This document shows, piece after piece, positions 13,757 through 27,004 of a stretch of DNA of 64,000 nucleotides (positions within the stretch are counted from its first letter, which is position 1; each line of letters opens with the position of its first letter). This DNA comes from Auanema rhodensis. Its lineage: Eukaryota; Animalia; Nematoda. The notes beneath the pieces are model-generated. The model saw only the letters and a list, made by a program, of their open reading frames with translations, searched no databases and was not told the origin of the DNA. The stretch lies in the NCBI GenBank assembly GCA_964057225.1, contig OZ059894.1, positions 6,448,001 through 6,512,000 on the forward strand, written 5' to 3'. Made by a program: the position numbers and the translations under genes.

Positions 13757-16700
13757 ATGTCGGCGATGGCGGTGAATTCTTTGCAAGTCATCGAACAGGC
13801 AAAGAAGCAGTTTTATACTGAAGAGAAGCTGGACATTGACCTGTTGGACAAAGTAAGTATTATTGATAGTTTGTCTTATTTTATTCATATTAAGGTTGTC
13901 TTGATGATGAACAAAGGAGTAGGAGAAGAACAACGACAGGCTAATATTGTACTTGTTCAGTTGAAGGAAGATCCAAATGCTTGGACGAAGGTTGGCTTAA
14001 TTTCCTATTCGTAACTGATGATATTCTTAGGTGGATGCTATATTGCAATTTTCCCAAACTGCAGAATCGAAATATTTTGCTCTACAAATTTTGGAATCTG
14101 TGATTCAAACACGGTTTGTCTTATTTTAAGTTGGGCTTGAATTATTGTTGTTCAGGTGGAAAGCTTTACCTCCGGAGCAAAGAGAAGGAATAAAAGGCTT
14201 TGTTGTTCAGCTTATTTTACGTCTTAGCTCAAGCCAAGATGATATGTCTGTCAATGCCCTTTTATTGCATAAATTGAATCTCGTGTTAGTTCAGGTTTGT
14301 AAAAAATTTTTGCTCTGTTCTAACTTTGATTACAGATTGTTAAACAAGATTGGCCTAAGAATTGGTCTTCATTCATTAGTGATATTGTTGAAGCTTCGAA
14401 GTCAAGTGATACTGTTTGTGTTAACAACATGAATATTCTAGCTTTATTGAGGTAAAAAAAGCTGATTTTTTTCTGTTATTTTTCGGATTACAGTGAAGAA
14501 GTTTTTGATTTTGGATCGCAAAATCTCACTCAAGCTAAAGAACAAATGCTCAAACAGCAGTTTTGCGGTCAATTCCAAGAAGTATTTTCGCTTTGTACTG
14601 CTATTTTAGTATGTTTTCGAAAAGGATATTAAGATAACAAAATGATTTAAGGAAAAATGCCCAGCGCATGCAATGGTTCAAGCTACACTTAAAACCCTTC
14701 ACCGATTTCTTTCATGGATTCCAGTTGGATATGTTTTTGAGACTAATATTACTGAGTTACTTAGTGAAAATGTCAGTTTTTCATTTTTGAAGTGGTGATC
14801 ATCTCGTAATTCCAGTTCCTTTCTCTCGATTTGTATCGTGGATTAGCTCTTCAATGTTTAACGGAAATTGCATCCATTCAAGTAGATAATGAATGCGATG
14901 CCTATAAACAAAAGCTCAGTGGCATGTTTTATACAACTGTAGAAAAGGTGGAGTATTTGTAGATAGCTATTGCGGTTTATGTAAATTTTATAGATAGGAC
15001 AGCTTCTTGGTGCTGAAGTGGATTTCGCTTCCGGTTTTAAGCAAGGTACTGATGAAGATCAAAAGTTTATATCCATTCTTGCTCAATTTCTTGTTGCCTT
15101 TTTGAAGGAACATGCCGATCTTGTTGAGGTAATTTCTTTCTCAGATGAGCATGGAATATTTTCTCTTCAGGTGACCAACCCACAGAACGAAGATCAGCAA
15201 ATGATGAGTAAACTACATTCCTATTCTATTGAGCTTTTGCTCTCCATCAGTCAGGTTGACGATGTAGAAATATTCAAGGTTAGTATTAATACTTTTTGTG
15301 TATGTTTTAATTATTTATAGGTATGTCTTGACTTTTGGTGTTTCCTTACCGGAGAATTATATCGTATCTCTCCATTCTCTATCAACTCTTTTCCGTTCGC
15401 TGCACCGAGTGCAAATAAACGTGAACATCCTAGGAGACAGCTTTATAAGTACTTTTAAAATGAAGTAAATGTCTAAATATTTTCTGTTTTAGGGAACATC
15501 TTTCAACTTTGCGTTCCATCATTATTTCACGAATGGCTAAACCAGAAGAAGTTCTTGTTGTGGAGAATGAGCAGGGAGAGGTATCATGAATATCTTAATT
15601 GTAAATGTAAACGCTTGAATACAAGGTTGTACGTGAAATGGTTAAAGATACTGATTCGATCACACTGTATCGTAACATGAGGGAAACGTTGGTGTTTCTC
15701 ACTCATTTAGATTGTAAAGACACAGAACAGAAGATGACTGAAAAACTAAATAGTCAGGTTAGTTTGAAAAGCAGTTACACATCTAAGGTTTTATTACAGG
15801 TGCATGGTAACGAATTTTCATGGAAGAACCTAAATACCTTATGTTGGGCAGTCGGTTCCATTTCAGGAACTATGACCGAGGACGATGAAAAACGTTACTT
15901 AGTTCTGGTTATTAGAGGTATTAACATTATTCCGTTTTCTTAACACGTAATATTTTAGATTTGTTGGGATTATGCGAGCAAAAGCGTGGAAAAGATAACA
16001 AAGCTGTAATTGCTTCAAACATTATGTATGTTGTAGGACAATATCCCCGATTCTTGAGGGCTCATTGGAAGTTCTTGAAAACTGTAAGCATCGTTTTTCT
16101 TACGTTAAAGAATTGTTCTATTAGGTTATCAACAAATTGTTTGAATTTATGCACGAATCTCATGACGGTGTGCAAGATATGGCTTGTGACACTTTCATCA
16201 AAATCGCAATGAAATGTAAACGTCATTTTGTTACAGTATGTTTTTTTCTTTGTAGTTCAAATGGTTATTGATAACATATTTTAGACTCAAGCCGGTGAAA
16301 CCCGACCTTTCATAGAGGAAATGTTGGATAATCTTTCGGGAATTATTTGTGATTTAACCCCGCCTCAGGTAATTTTTTTTATTTTTGAAATTCAATACTA
16401 GAAGAAAATTTTTTTTACAGGTACATGTATTCTATGAGGCTATGGGGCATATTATCAGTGCTCAAAGTGATTCTCAGCAACAGGAGACATTGATCGAGAG
16501 TTTGATGAAGCTCCCTAATTCTGTTTGGGATGAAATTTTGGGTGCTGCTACAGATAAAGTTTCTGTTTTGGAGGACCACGAGGTTTAGAGGCAATAATTA
16601 CAAACTTCTATTATATACTCTTTAGGTCGTTCGAAATTTGTGTAATATTCTTAAAACTAATGTAGCTGCATGTAAGTCTATCGGTGCCCCATTCTTTGTT

Positions 16701-18137
16701 CAGCTCAGCAGAATATATATGGATTTACTTTCTTTATATAGAATTTTATCCGAGAATGTTTCTGTAGCTGTTGAACAGAATGGTGAAGATGTGTTGAAAG
16801 TTAGTTTAGTTTTGATTATTTAGTTCACAGTGTACTATTCAGATTCCACTTATTAAACACATTCGAGCTGTTAAAAAGGAAATTTTAATTCTTATTTCTA
16901 CTTGGGTATCTAAAACGTGTGATCATCAAATGGTAAAGGACAATATTGTTCCACCACTATTTGATGCCGTCCTCTTGGATTATCAAAAAAACGTTCCATC
17001 AGCTCGCGAACCAAAAGTTTTATCTCTTCTTTCAATCATTATTGCCCAACTGAAGGTATAAGGATAAAGTTTAGTATCCATCATGTTATATTTTTAAGGA
17101 AAATATTTCGTCAGAGGTTACTAAAATCTTGGCTGCCGTTTTCGAGTGTACTTTGGAAATGATCAACAAAGATTTTGAGGTATAAAACATAACACATCTT
17201 TTTCTATGTAGTATTTAGGCTTTCCCTGAACATCGTACAAACTTCTTCCAGTTGTTGCTATCCCTAACTCAGGTATCTGTTGCTTTTCCGATTTATGTTT
17301 ATAACTAACTCTTTAGGAATGTTTCCCAGTGTTGCTTGCCTTGCCTCCTGAGCAGTTCAGTTATATTGTTGATGCTGTGGTTTGGGCGTTCCAACATTCG
17401 ATGAGAAATGTTGCGGAAATCGGTAAATATATTTTAACAAATAAATATTTACCATATTTTCATATAGGATTGGATATTCTGAAGGATATGCTCGAGAAAG
17501 TAGCTGATTTACCAGCAGATCAATCACAGCCTTTCTACAAGAGACATTATATGCAAATTCTTCAGCATGTTCTTGCTGTTATTGCTGATAGCAGTCAAGT
17601 TCATGTAGCAGGTCAGTTTAGCAATTATCATGTGTTCACTTCCGTATCTATAGGCTTGACTTACTATGCTGAAGTTCTCGCTGCATTGTTCCGTGCTGCT
17701 GAACATCATATCAAGGTTCCGCTGAATGATGAAAATCCTCAACAGAACAACATGGACTATATTTATCAGCACATTGGAAACATCTATGTTCAACATTTCA
17801 GCAATTTGACACAGTTAGTGTTTAGATAGTCATGTGAATTCAAAATTTCACTATCTTCAGAGACCAAATTCGGGTTTCAATCAAAGGTTTCTTCTCCTTC
17901 AATGCTGATGTTCCAGCAATGAGAAATCATCTTCGCGACTTCCTTGTTCAAATAAAGGTATGACAATAAAATGAAGGTAAAATTTTCATGAATACGTTAT
18001 AGGAATTTACTGGAGAAGATACTTCTGATTTATTCTTGGAAGAGAGAGAAGCTGAAATTGCTGCCGCGCAAGAGAGAAAGAGAGCAATCCCTGGAATGGT
18101 GAATCCAAACGAGGTTGACGAAGAGGAGATGAGGTGA
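13757..18137 (+). CDS. xpo-1: Exportin-1 (CRM1); many short exons; probable 5' UTR exon from about 13564
   Basis: [82 protein letters not shown] (NES-groove Cys retained), [21 protein letters not shown]. Confidence 0.97.
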
Positions 18138-18552
18138 AATGTTTTCGAAAATATACAAAAAGCGGATTTCCCGATTCACATGCCCGTTTGTTCTAGGCCA
18201 ATATCTTAAGTTATAAGCACAATTATGCCATTTTTAACCACTAAGTTTCACCTTCCCAGGTCTTGACATACTTTAACATGTTCGTATCAAATAAGATCAG
18301 CCATTTTCTTTATATTGTTGAAGTTTTTTTGTTATTCCCTTTATACGGTAGCTATATCCCGCTGATAGCGATCTCCCTTTTTGTATTGAAATATTACATG
18401 TGAATGTGTTATAAACTTATTTTATTTCGATAGCAATCTATCTAATCCCTGTGGAAGAGAGGGTCGTTATGATTTAAAATTTTAGTTATATTAAAAAATA
18501 AAGGGTCATTTTAAGAGAGGCTATAAGATATGAATTTTTATTGAGTTATGTG

Positions 18553-18782
18553 TCAGAGAATAGAGCAGCACTTTGAGGGTTGGCTTGGATGTGAGTCAAA
18601 AGAATCAACAGACGGTTGAGGCAGCAAATTTCCAGATGAAGGCTGAGTTATAACGACTTTTGGAACAGTTGGTTTCGTATTCTAGAATAATAATTGTACC
18701 AAAATATAAGTGAGCAGCACAGAAAAAAATTAAAATGGCAAAATTAACTAACATTGGTATCCACTTTTCCGGGCATTCTCAT
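18553..18782 (-). CDS. Putative 52-aa microprotein with a PxIxIT-like motif (PKVVIT) and C-terminal CaaX (CCSIL*); exons 18782-18753 and 18681-18553
   Basis: TCTTCAG acceptor ending at 18850, ATG at 18782, 71-nt GT-AG intron in phase 0. Product MRMPGKVDTNNTKPTVPKVVITQPSSGNLLPQPSVDSFDSHPSQPSKCCSIL*. Confidence 0.65.
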
Positions 18783-21735
18783 TCTAGTGCTTTTGTAGCA
18801 GTGTCTTCTCGCACATCGTCAACGTAGCAGCACGAAGATCAGGAGCTATCTGAAGATTTAAGCATTTCCAAGAAGAAGATGGACACGAGATTGTTCAAAC
18901 GTCAATATTAGCGAATACATTTCACATAATGAGAACATATTTGTTATACATCTTAAAAATGAAATTTAATGAATTTGTGTTCATTTTTTCATTGCAATTC
19001 AAATAAGAAAGATGGAGAAAGCTTAATACTTGTCCCATATTTTAACATAGCTAAGCGAAATTGATTGGAGGCATTCAGCATTTGGAGATAATGGATGCGA
19101 CGAAAGATTAAGATAGTTCATGTCAAGGATATTGGTGAGGCTTTTGATAAATCGAAGCTTTTTGATAAGATTCAATATTACAAGGAAATCTTCTGCACTA
19201 AGCATGCTGGGGGAGATGAAGTAAGAAAGCTATGACCTTTGCGATGATTCGCTTCATTTCTTGAGAAACCTCTGCTTCGTTTAAGGGATCTCTTCACAAT
19301 GTTCTGCTGGCTCTAACGAATCTAATCAGCAGATAAATGCATAAAATGGAGATCCTTCCCCTTCGCAGTATATCGCCATAATTATGATAGTCTGGGAACT
19401 CGGGCGCGATAAATATATCAAACGAAAATGAAGAGTACCACGACTTACAGGCCACACAATGACTTGTACTGCAATGTTGAAACATTTTGTAGCCGTGTAT
19501 GTGCTATGCTGTCTGTCCAAGGCGAAGGAAAACAATTAGATATAGTTAATTCAATCTTTTGTCTAGAGTAGAAACATGTTCAGCTGTTGTCTCGCTCCAT
19601 TGATTCACTGCCAGGATTGCGATTGAGGAAGACAAGGAGAGACGGAGAGAGGGAAAGAGGTAAGAGAACGTCAGAATGAGAAAGAGAGAGAGAGAATAAA
19701 AAATTTGAATATAGACTGCGAATACTATCGTATGTACGAAACATGGGCTCAGATGTTTAGTTATACCACAGCTTTTCAGTATCGACATAGAATGCTAGAT
19801 TTTAGTTGTATAAGTATGAACTCAGGAGTCAATTTCCATCAAAACATGACAACTTCTCTGCGAAAGCAAAATAATGAAGAAATTCACAACTTGAATCTTC
19901 GTTTGTCGTGTGGACATTTTAAAAGGTGTATAAGGGCAACACCTATTCGTGTTCGAGAGTTTTTAAAACTAAAGGCTTTCCAAAATAGCAATAATAGACA
20001 TCGAAAGTCTAGAGCTCTTTCAGCTAAGGTCACATGGTTCAATAAAAATGACGAATTTCGAAAACAGGCGTCGTTTCGAGACAAGATAAAAGTATTAGTT
20101 TTGCCGAGCTAACTAGGATCAGATGCACTGAAAGGATTCATCATGCCTGTGCCAGAGCTGGCCTAGATTCAACAATAAAAAAGCAACAGGAGGAAAGAAT
20201 CGAACAAGCTTTGAAAGCAAAATGAAGGAAATCAGAAGAGAGTAAACGAAAACAAAATATCATAAGACTACTAAATTATAGCTGGAAACGTTTACGGTTC
20301 CTAACTAATTCTAACAACAAATTGAATTTCGTTATTCTTAAAACGTTGGAACAAATGGTTTTCTGAAAATCGATGTCGTGGAACACAGATGGCTGGAAAG
20401 ATGACGAGAGGCCCCTGGGATTATTATAAAAGTACAGAAAACAAATTGAAGCAATATAAGTGTAAATGTTTATAAAACGGTTTACTTTCTGCTATACAGG
20501 TATCACTGATCAGAAAATATTTATAGCGACGTGTGATTTCATGAACGATCAAAATTGGACAATGACAATGAGATACAGTAGGAAAATGATTGTTGTCAAG
20601 TTTCAATAAAGACATATTTCGCACAGTATGTATTCGAAAATTGAAAATTAACTGCATTTTGTGTCTAGTGTGATGGAGAGCAAGACAATATAGGCTTGGG
20701 TTGTTCCTTTTTGTTATTAAACGACAGCTAAAGGTTATAGAGCTCTATTCGAAAATACATCTACGTAATAAGAGACCATAAAGAAGGGAACATTGACGGT
20801 TTTAATCAAGAGCTACATATATTATGTACGTAAAAGATAAGAGGTCAGAATAGGAAAACAAGAATACATTTGAAATAAAATAGATAACCCACAAATAAAG
20901 CAGTGTAATACCGGGTAATTGAAACGAAGTTTAACTTAACAAAACAAAAAATCATTATAAAAGTGTTTGATGACAAAGAATATATCTTTATATGTAGTTT
21001 TTCACTTACATGTACTGATAAGTCTCGCTTGTTGTTCAGGAGACTTGGAGTCAGAGACTCAGGCGGAGCATATTTGTGGTCTTGGGTTTTTTCTCATGAA
21101 TTTCGTATGCGCAATCGCTCCGATTTTTGCCAACTTCGCGACTTCGAATGCATGGGAAAATAAGCAAACTTTCAAGTAAGACGAACAAGTAATTCTTTGA
21201 ATCAGGAACCTGTTCACTACAAAGTCGTCAATCATAAAAGAGTAATATCTCTCATATTCTCTAAGAAGATTTGTTATGCAGTCACCAAAGTGACCAACTC
21301 ATGCAAAGATTGATGAACAAGCCTAAAACAGTGTACTAGCATAATGGTAGATAGGACAAGCAGTGTGCTAAACCAAGAAGGGTTAACAAGATGGTTAGAG
21401 AAATTAGTAAACAGAAGATCTCTCTCGTAATAATTTATAAACAAGACATGACAGTGTTATGAAAGCTTTAGGAAATTTCAAATTTCGTTCAAGGAGGAAA
21501 GTAGGAAACGCAGTGTTGAAAGCCCGGAAGAAAAGAAAGGAATACTTTTTTTATGAGGCTATACAAAGAAAGAACACACAAGCAGACAATTAATCGTCTT
21601 CGAATTACAACCATTGCACATTTATCTTACGGAATTATTGTAATATAATGTCATATTAGGTCTTATTTCAAAAACTACTTGAAAGTGAAAGGCGTTTACA
21701 TATCCAGGAAAATAGTTAAATTATTGTTTTCATTG

Positions 21736-24329
21736 TCAATTATAGGACGAGCCATTTCGCAAAACAAGTAACAGTTGAAGAGCTTGAGTTTTTGAAGTTA
21801 ACAACAAAAATGACAAACAGGAAGAGAAAGAATTCGGAATAATAGAGAAGACGGCCCCACATGGAGTAAAAAAATAATATTGTCGATAAGCGCTTAAGAC
21901 CATACAAAGTTGACGCAGACTGGAAACGAAATTTGAAATAAGGGCATCTCAAATCTACTTATGGTCCAGGAAAACCGAATAGTAGAGGACATATAACGAA
22001 CGACATGTCGAAATAAACTTCTTGACGGACGTGGTATAGCTTGGTGGTAAGTGTCGAAATAGCTTCTCGATCAATGTGCACTTCAACCATCTGGACTTCA
22101 AACGTAAGCGAGAGAATGAGGGATAGAGGAAAAGAGAGAAAGCCGCTTGGGGGGGGGGTTAGAAAAAGACGAAGGGAAAGGAAGAAATGGATAGACAGAG
22201 AAAGAGGAATGAGCACATCTGAGGACCCATATGGAGAGGAATAGTGAGAGGAGAATTAAATACTCGAATGTCGTACCATAATTGGTTCTGCTACTCTTCA
22301 AGTTGACAAGCGCATTTGTTAAATCTTCATGAAAACGATATGTCCACCAAGTATGAATAGAAAAATAAATGAAAAACAAGACTATTCTTTGAAAACTGCA
22401 TGATCAACATTTAAGAGTTAGAACCTTTTCCAGTAACACCATCTTCTCTTCTCTTATAGTAATCCCAATTAAAATGCATTTCTAGTCTATCCTCTTTTTA
22501 TCCATTCTATTCTCAACCAGTAAAGCGATGAGATCAAATAGCATCGTCTATTCTCTGTATATCTACTTTCAACAACAGCTAGATAACGAAAGCTCGAGGA
22601 AGTTGCTCATCCTTGTATATGCATTTTACGCTCAAAAGAATTGAAAAAGAAATGTTAGAGTGCAGTTAGATGTATCTAATAATTCCCTTAGGGTTCAAAC
22701 AAATCAGGTCTGATGTAGACTGACGGATGGTCATATCCAGAGAGAGCATACAAAGTCACATAGTTGACAAGGCAATTTTTCATATCTAGTAGGCTGCTCG
22801 TAAAAGCTATGAAGACCTTAATTGTAAGTCTTAGGAAACTAACAAAAGACAATTCCAACCATGGCGCATAATATATAGCTCATTTCTCTAGTTTGAAAAT
22901 AATTTAACTATAAAAGAGCATTTCAAACATATGAGTAAGAAAAATGTCAAATGGAGTGGAATGAATGGAAACTAGTTCACACAATAAGGTAATCGCAATA
23001 TAATTCAACAAAAAAAATAAAAAGGACATGAATGATTGCAATTTCGCAACAACTGGAAGATTTGAAGCATTAATGACAACATTAAGAGACTAACTTCGTT
23101 TGATAAGATAAAATTGATCTTGAGCTTAACGACTGCAGCAAAACATAACAAGCCATAAAAACAAGAAAAATTAAAACTTCTCAAAAAAAAGTAGCGTTAC
23201 TAGCTTAGGCGATAAAATTGGCACGCATATCCATATGCACAGGAGTAATCTGATACTTCATGCGAGAGCTATATCCATTAACAGCCAAAACAGTGAACCA
23301 AGAAAACAATAAAAAATCGTGGTTCACATTCCATTTAAGACCCACCCAGATAATTCAGAACTTAATCGCAGAGGAAATCAAGCATAATTATAAAATATAC
23401 CATCAAAGATTAACTTTGTAGTTAGATGCATAGGTCTACATATGTATTCTTTTGCACTCAATCAGCATAGAAGATTCTATTCAAGAAACAATTTGATTTC
23501 GGCATGACGATGCTCGCTAATATGCATCCACATAGAAGTATTCAAGGAATAAATAAAAAATGATTTCAATATTAGATTTTGCAGAAGTGGACACTGAGAA
23601 TAACCGACTATAGGACGAGTAAGAACATCGTAGGTTCCCAAGATAATCTATCAAGAATTGATGTAAAAATATGTGTGCACAGCAATCTCATATAACTAAT
23701 TTGATTCTGGCAATGTAACTAAAATATATCTTCATTTTGGACATTGATATATAAGCAAGATTCAGAATAAGGTTATTTTGAATCTAGGATAATAGAATGC
23801 CTCTGTTTTCCATAAGTAAAATATATAATCCACTCAAAAACTACCTCCACCCCTTTTCCTTATCCCAAAGCCAAAGACAGCATAATCCTCGGGAAAACTA
23901 TGATTAAACACGAAAAGAAAGTCAATATAAGGAAAGAAGAAAACGACAATATGTTAAAATACACACCTCGCTTTCTTGTATCCGGAAACGACTTCCTTTT
24001 TCAGATGACGAGGTGGATAAATGCTGAAAGTTAATTTTAAATTGAGAAATCAGTTAAATACTGAATATTTCATTAGTAAGATAAAAATAATTGGATGAAA
24101 TATGAGTGATGTCGTCGAATCAAATGCCTTCAAAATTAACCTACAATACTACGACTAGAATCTGTGCCTGACGAAGATTTCGACAAATATTGGAGCGGAA
24201 TATCACTTGAAAAATTATTGGGGCCGTGTCCTTAAACAAAAAACAGTCGTTCATGATAAATTATTAAGAATAAATGAATTGACAAAAAAACAAACCGCTC
24301 TCGTATTCATCTTTCCTATTTGTTGACAT
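21736..24329 (-). CDS. Unannotated six-exon gene, 181 aa, Ser-rich N-terminus plus putative divergent PH-like domain
   Basis: Exons 24329-24296, 24230-24145, 24023-23967, 23897-23845, 22090-21959 and 21919-21736 join in frame through GT-AG introns of 65, 121, 69, 1754 and 39 nt. Confidence 0.6.
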
Positions 24330-25564
24330 CTTATCTATTACTTTATTAAACATTCCAAAAATTATATCTGAAACGAAACTAATATATGTAACGAGTTTAT
24401 CAACAAGCCTCTAATAGCACTAAATGGGTTATAACTAAATGGCATCTTATGATAGTCTTCTATTTTCGCGCGTCCAATGTGTGAACGCAGACGTGTATGC
24501 TATGCTAATTAGTGAAATCTGAACAATGAACAATCTTAAAATGAATATGAACATGAACAAAAGAAAACAGTTATTAACCAATAAAAAAGTTATTGGTATT
24601 GTAAAATATTTATTTTTATCAGTTTTTCCAATTTCATAATTAATACAGATTCAAGGATAAAATTTGGCGCGACAAAATTGTTTCAATATACAAAATTTAT
24701 CAATTTATGTTGTTGAAAATACTGGTAGCTTTTCGTAATTTGTAAAAATAATTACATGTTATAAGTTCTAGTGAAGTATATTTCAAAGTTAAATTCTTGT
24801 TTTTCTGTCATAATTCATATATATATATATATATATGTACTTGTTTAAATAATACTCGTATCACAATTCACATTTTTTCGTTTCAAGAATTGGAATAGCT
24901 TGCTTGCTAAATAGATCTTTGTACAAGTGGTTTCTTCATAAGACTATGTTTTTTGAATACCAAAGATCGGTATATTCTAGAGATTTAACCATTTATCTTG
25001 GGCCATCGTATAAACACAAACTGACGAAATAATACGTTTTGCTGATATTTTCCAGGGTTGTACCAATTCAGCTTGAACAATTCAGCAATTTCCTGATTGT
25101 AATATCTAGAGCTAGGCAATGTTTGAAAACACGTAAATCAATGTTGGCAATCTGAGTTGTAATAGATACGAAAGAAAATGAAGGACACCAATGCGTTTCT
25201 CATTCTCTGATAGATTCATTTCTTAAACCATCAGACTGCTTCTCAACGGTTTATGTTTGCTTCTTGATTGAAACAAGTATTTGAATATAGCTTTTTTTTA
25301 ACTTTCAAACTCTTGTTTTTCGTCAATATGGTATTCATTAATTTAAAGTTTATTTTTTTATTCTGTACAATATCTGAAGTTGTGAACACCTAGGGATTAA
25401 TTGAGACAGCTGCAATTATTAAAACCAGTAGAAACATTTGGGCAATAGTACCGGTTATATTATGATTGTGCCTTTGGCCTTTTTTCAATCGTGAACAATG
25501 TACAATTACCGATTTTTGCTGATTCTTCTGTCTATTGAACTATACGTAATTGTTAACTTTCAGA

Positions 25565-26095
25565 ATGCGTGTTGCTCTTTGTCTTCTCGGTCTTATTTCG
25601 TTGTCTTTGGCATGTGACATCATCGTTCATGTTAAATCAGATACGGATAAGAAATTCCAGGCACAAGTTACAGCTAGTAATGGCAAGAAAAGTGACAAGT
25701 GAGGCTATGGCAAAAACGTTGTAAGCATATGTGTACATATTTTAGATGGACTTACACCAAGAAATTGAGTAAGAACACTTTCCAAGTCAAGGCTGATGAA
25801 TGTGGAATCAAGGAATGGGAAGTTGCAGTTTTCGATGAATCAGGAAAGCCTACTGGAACAGCTAAGGTTCATATTGATTAGAAATGAAGCGAGAAAACAA
25901 TGAGAAGGAAGTAACGGCTTAAATCTAGTTGCATCTTGAGCTTAAAGTAAATTATATAAAATTATTTACATTACTCAATTTTAGTCTACACTTGATGGCA
26001 TTGGACGTGTCACTTACAAGGTTGGAGATGATTTGATTCCCAAGCAAAAAGATCGCCAGGGAGCCATTTGCAAAGGAGAATGTGCCCCTCTTTGA
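25565..26095 (+). CDS. Small secreted Cys-containing nematode protein (about 121 aa), function unknown; 3 exons
   Basis: TTTCAG immediately before the ATG. Signal peptide [16 protein letters not shown], then [19 protein letters not shown]...[11 protein letters not shown]...[16 protein letters not shown]...[11 protein letters not shown]. Exons 25565-25698, 25746-25866, 25985-26095. AATAAA about 25 nt after the stop. Confidence 0.85.
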
Positions 26096-27004
26096 ATATG
26101 AAATGTTTGAGATTATGTAATAAAACTTACAGAAATATCATAAAATATACCTACTATAATTGTGAAAATTTTCTTACCACTAATTAAGATAAAGATAAAT
26201 GATTTCAATTCCCAGAAGTCTTACAATTTAACAATTACTTTATTCACAACCTCTTAGAACATGTGTGACGAATAAAGTTCATTGATATTGAACTAATGTA
26301 ATTTATACCAAAAAGCTTTTTTTATAGAGATCCTTATTGATTTAGAATGCGTTAAAAAAACAAATCTTACACCAATATGGTTATCTACGCACTTACGTGA
26401 AAAAATACGCCACGTGGTATTCAAATAACAAAATAATTTTTAATTCGATTTTATAAACTAATAGCTCGTATTCACTACAATGCACATTTACGCTGTTTTT
26501 GCTTCGGGCGGATTCTCAGTACTCTTGTTTCTTCTTGAAAATTTGTAATTTCTTCTCAAAGCTAAATAAATATCAGACTGTTTCCTAGAAATTAATTAAA
26601 TTTTCTTGCATTCTAACATTCAAAAACTTTAAAGAACTGACAAAATATCAAATAAGCGGTCTATGCAGTCATTGGTGTACTTTATGTTTTGGATGCAAAT
26701 GCGCCCTGTTGCGAATCATAATGCTGCGTACCAAAGTATTGTGGCTTGTTGGAAAGTATTTATTGCTTCTGATTATGCTAATTTGATTTTCAGTATTTTA
26801 GAACTTTTATTGGAACCCTTGTTTTACAAATAAGGTTAACAACTGTATGAACATCTAAGTTTTTTTGAATGTTCTTCGAGTTATTAACTGATATTAATTT
26901 AATTTGTTGCGCATAATTAAGTTTTTGTAATATGCTAAAGTATACTTTTCGACCTGTTTTTTCTATAAATGAGAACTGTATCGTGGGCATTTTTAGCGAT
27001 ATAA

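Noticed and set aside
19705-20112. 135-aa plus-strand ORF
   Set aside because: No recognisable motif, non-ATG start and no splice support.
19020-21180. Exon-like segments with GTAAGT donors on the minus strand (about 19.0-19.5 kb and 21.0-21.15 kb)
   Set aside because: Could not be joined into a stop-free model; may be UTR exons of the neighbouring minus-strand genes.
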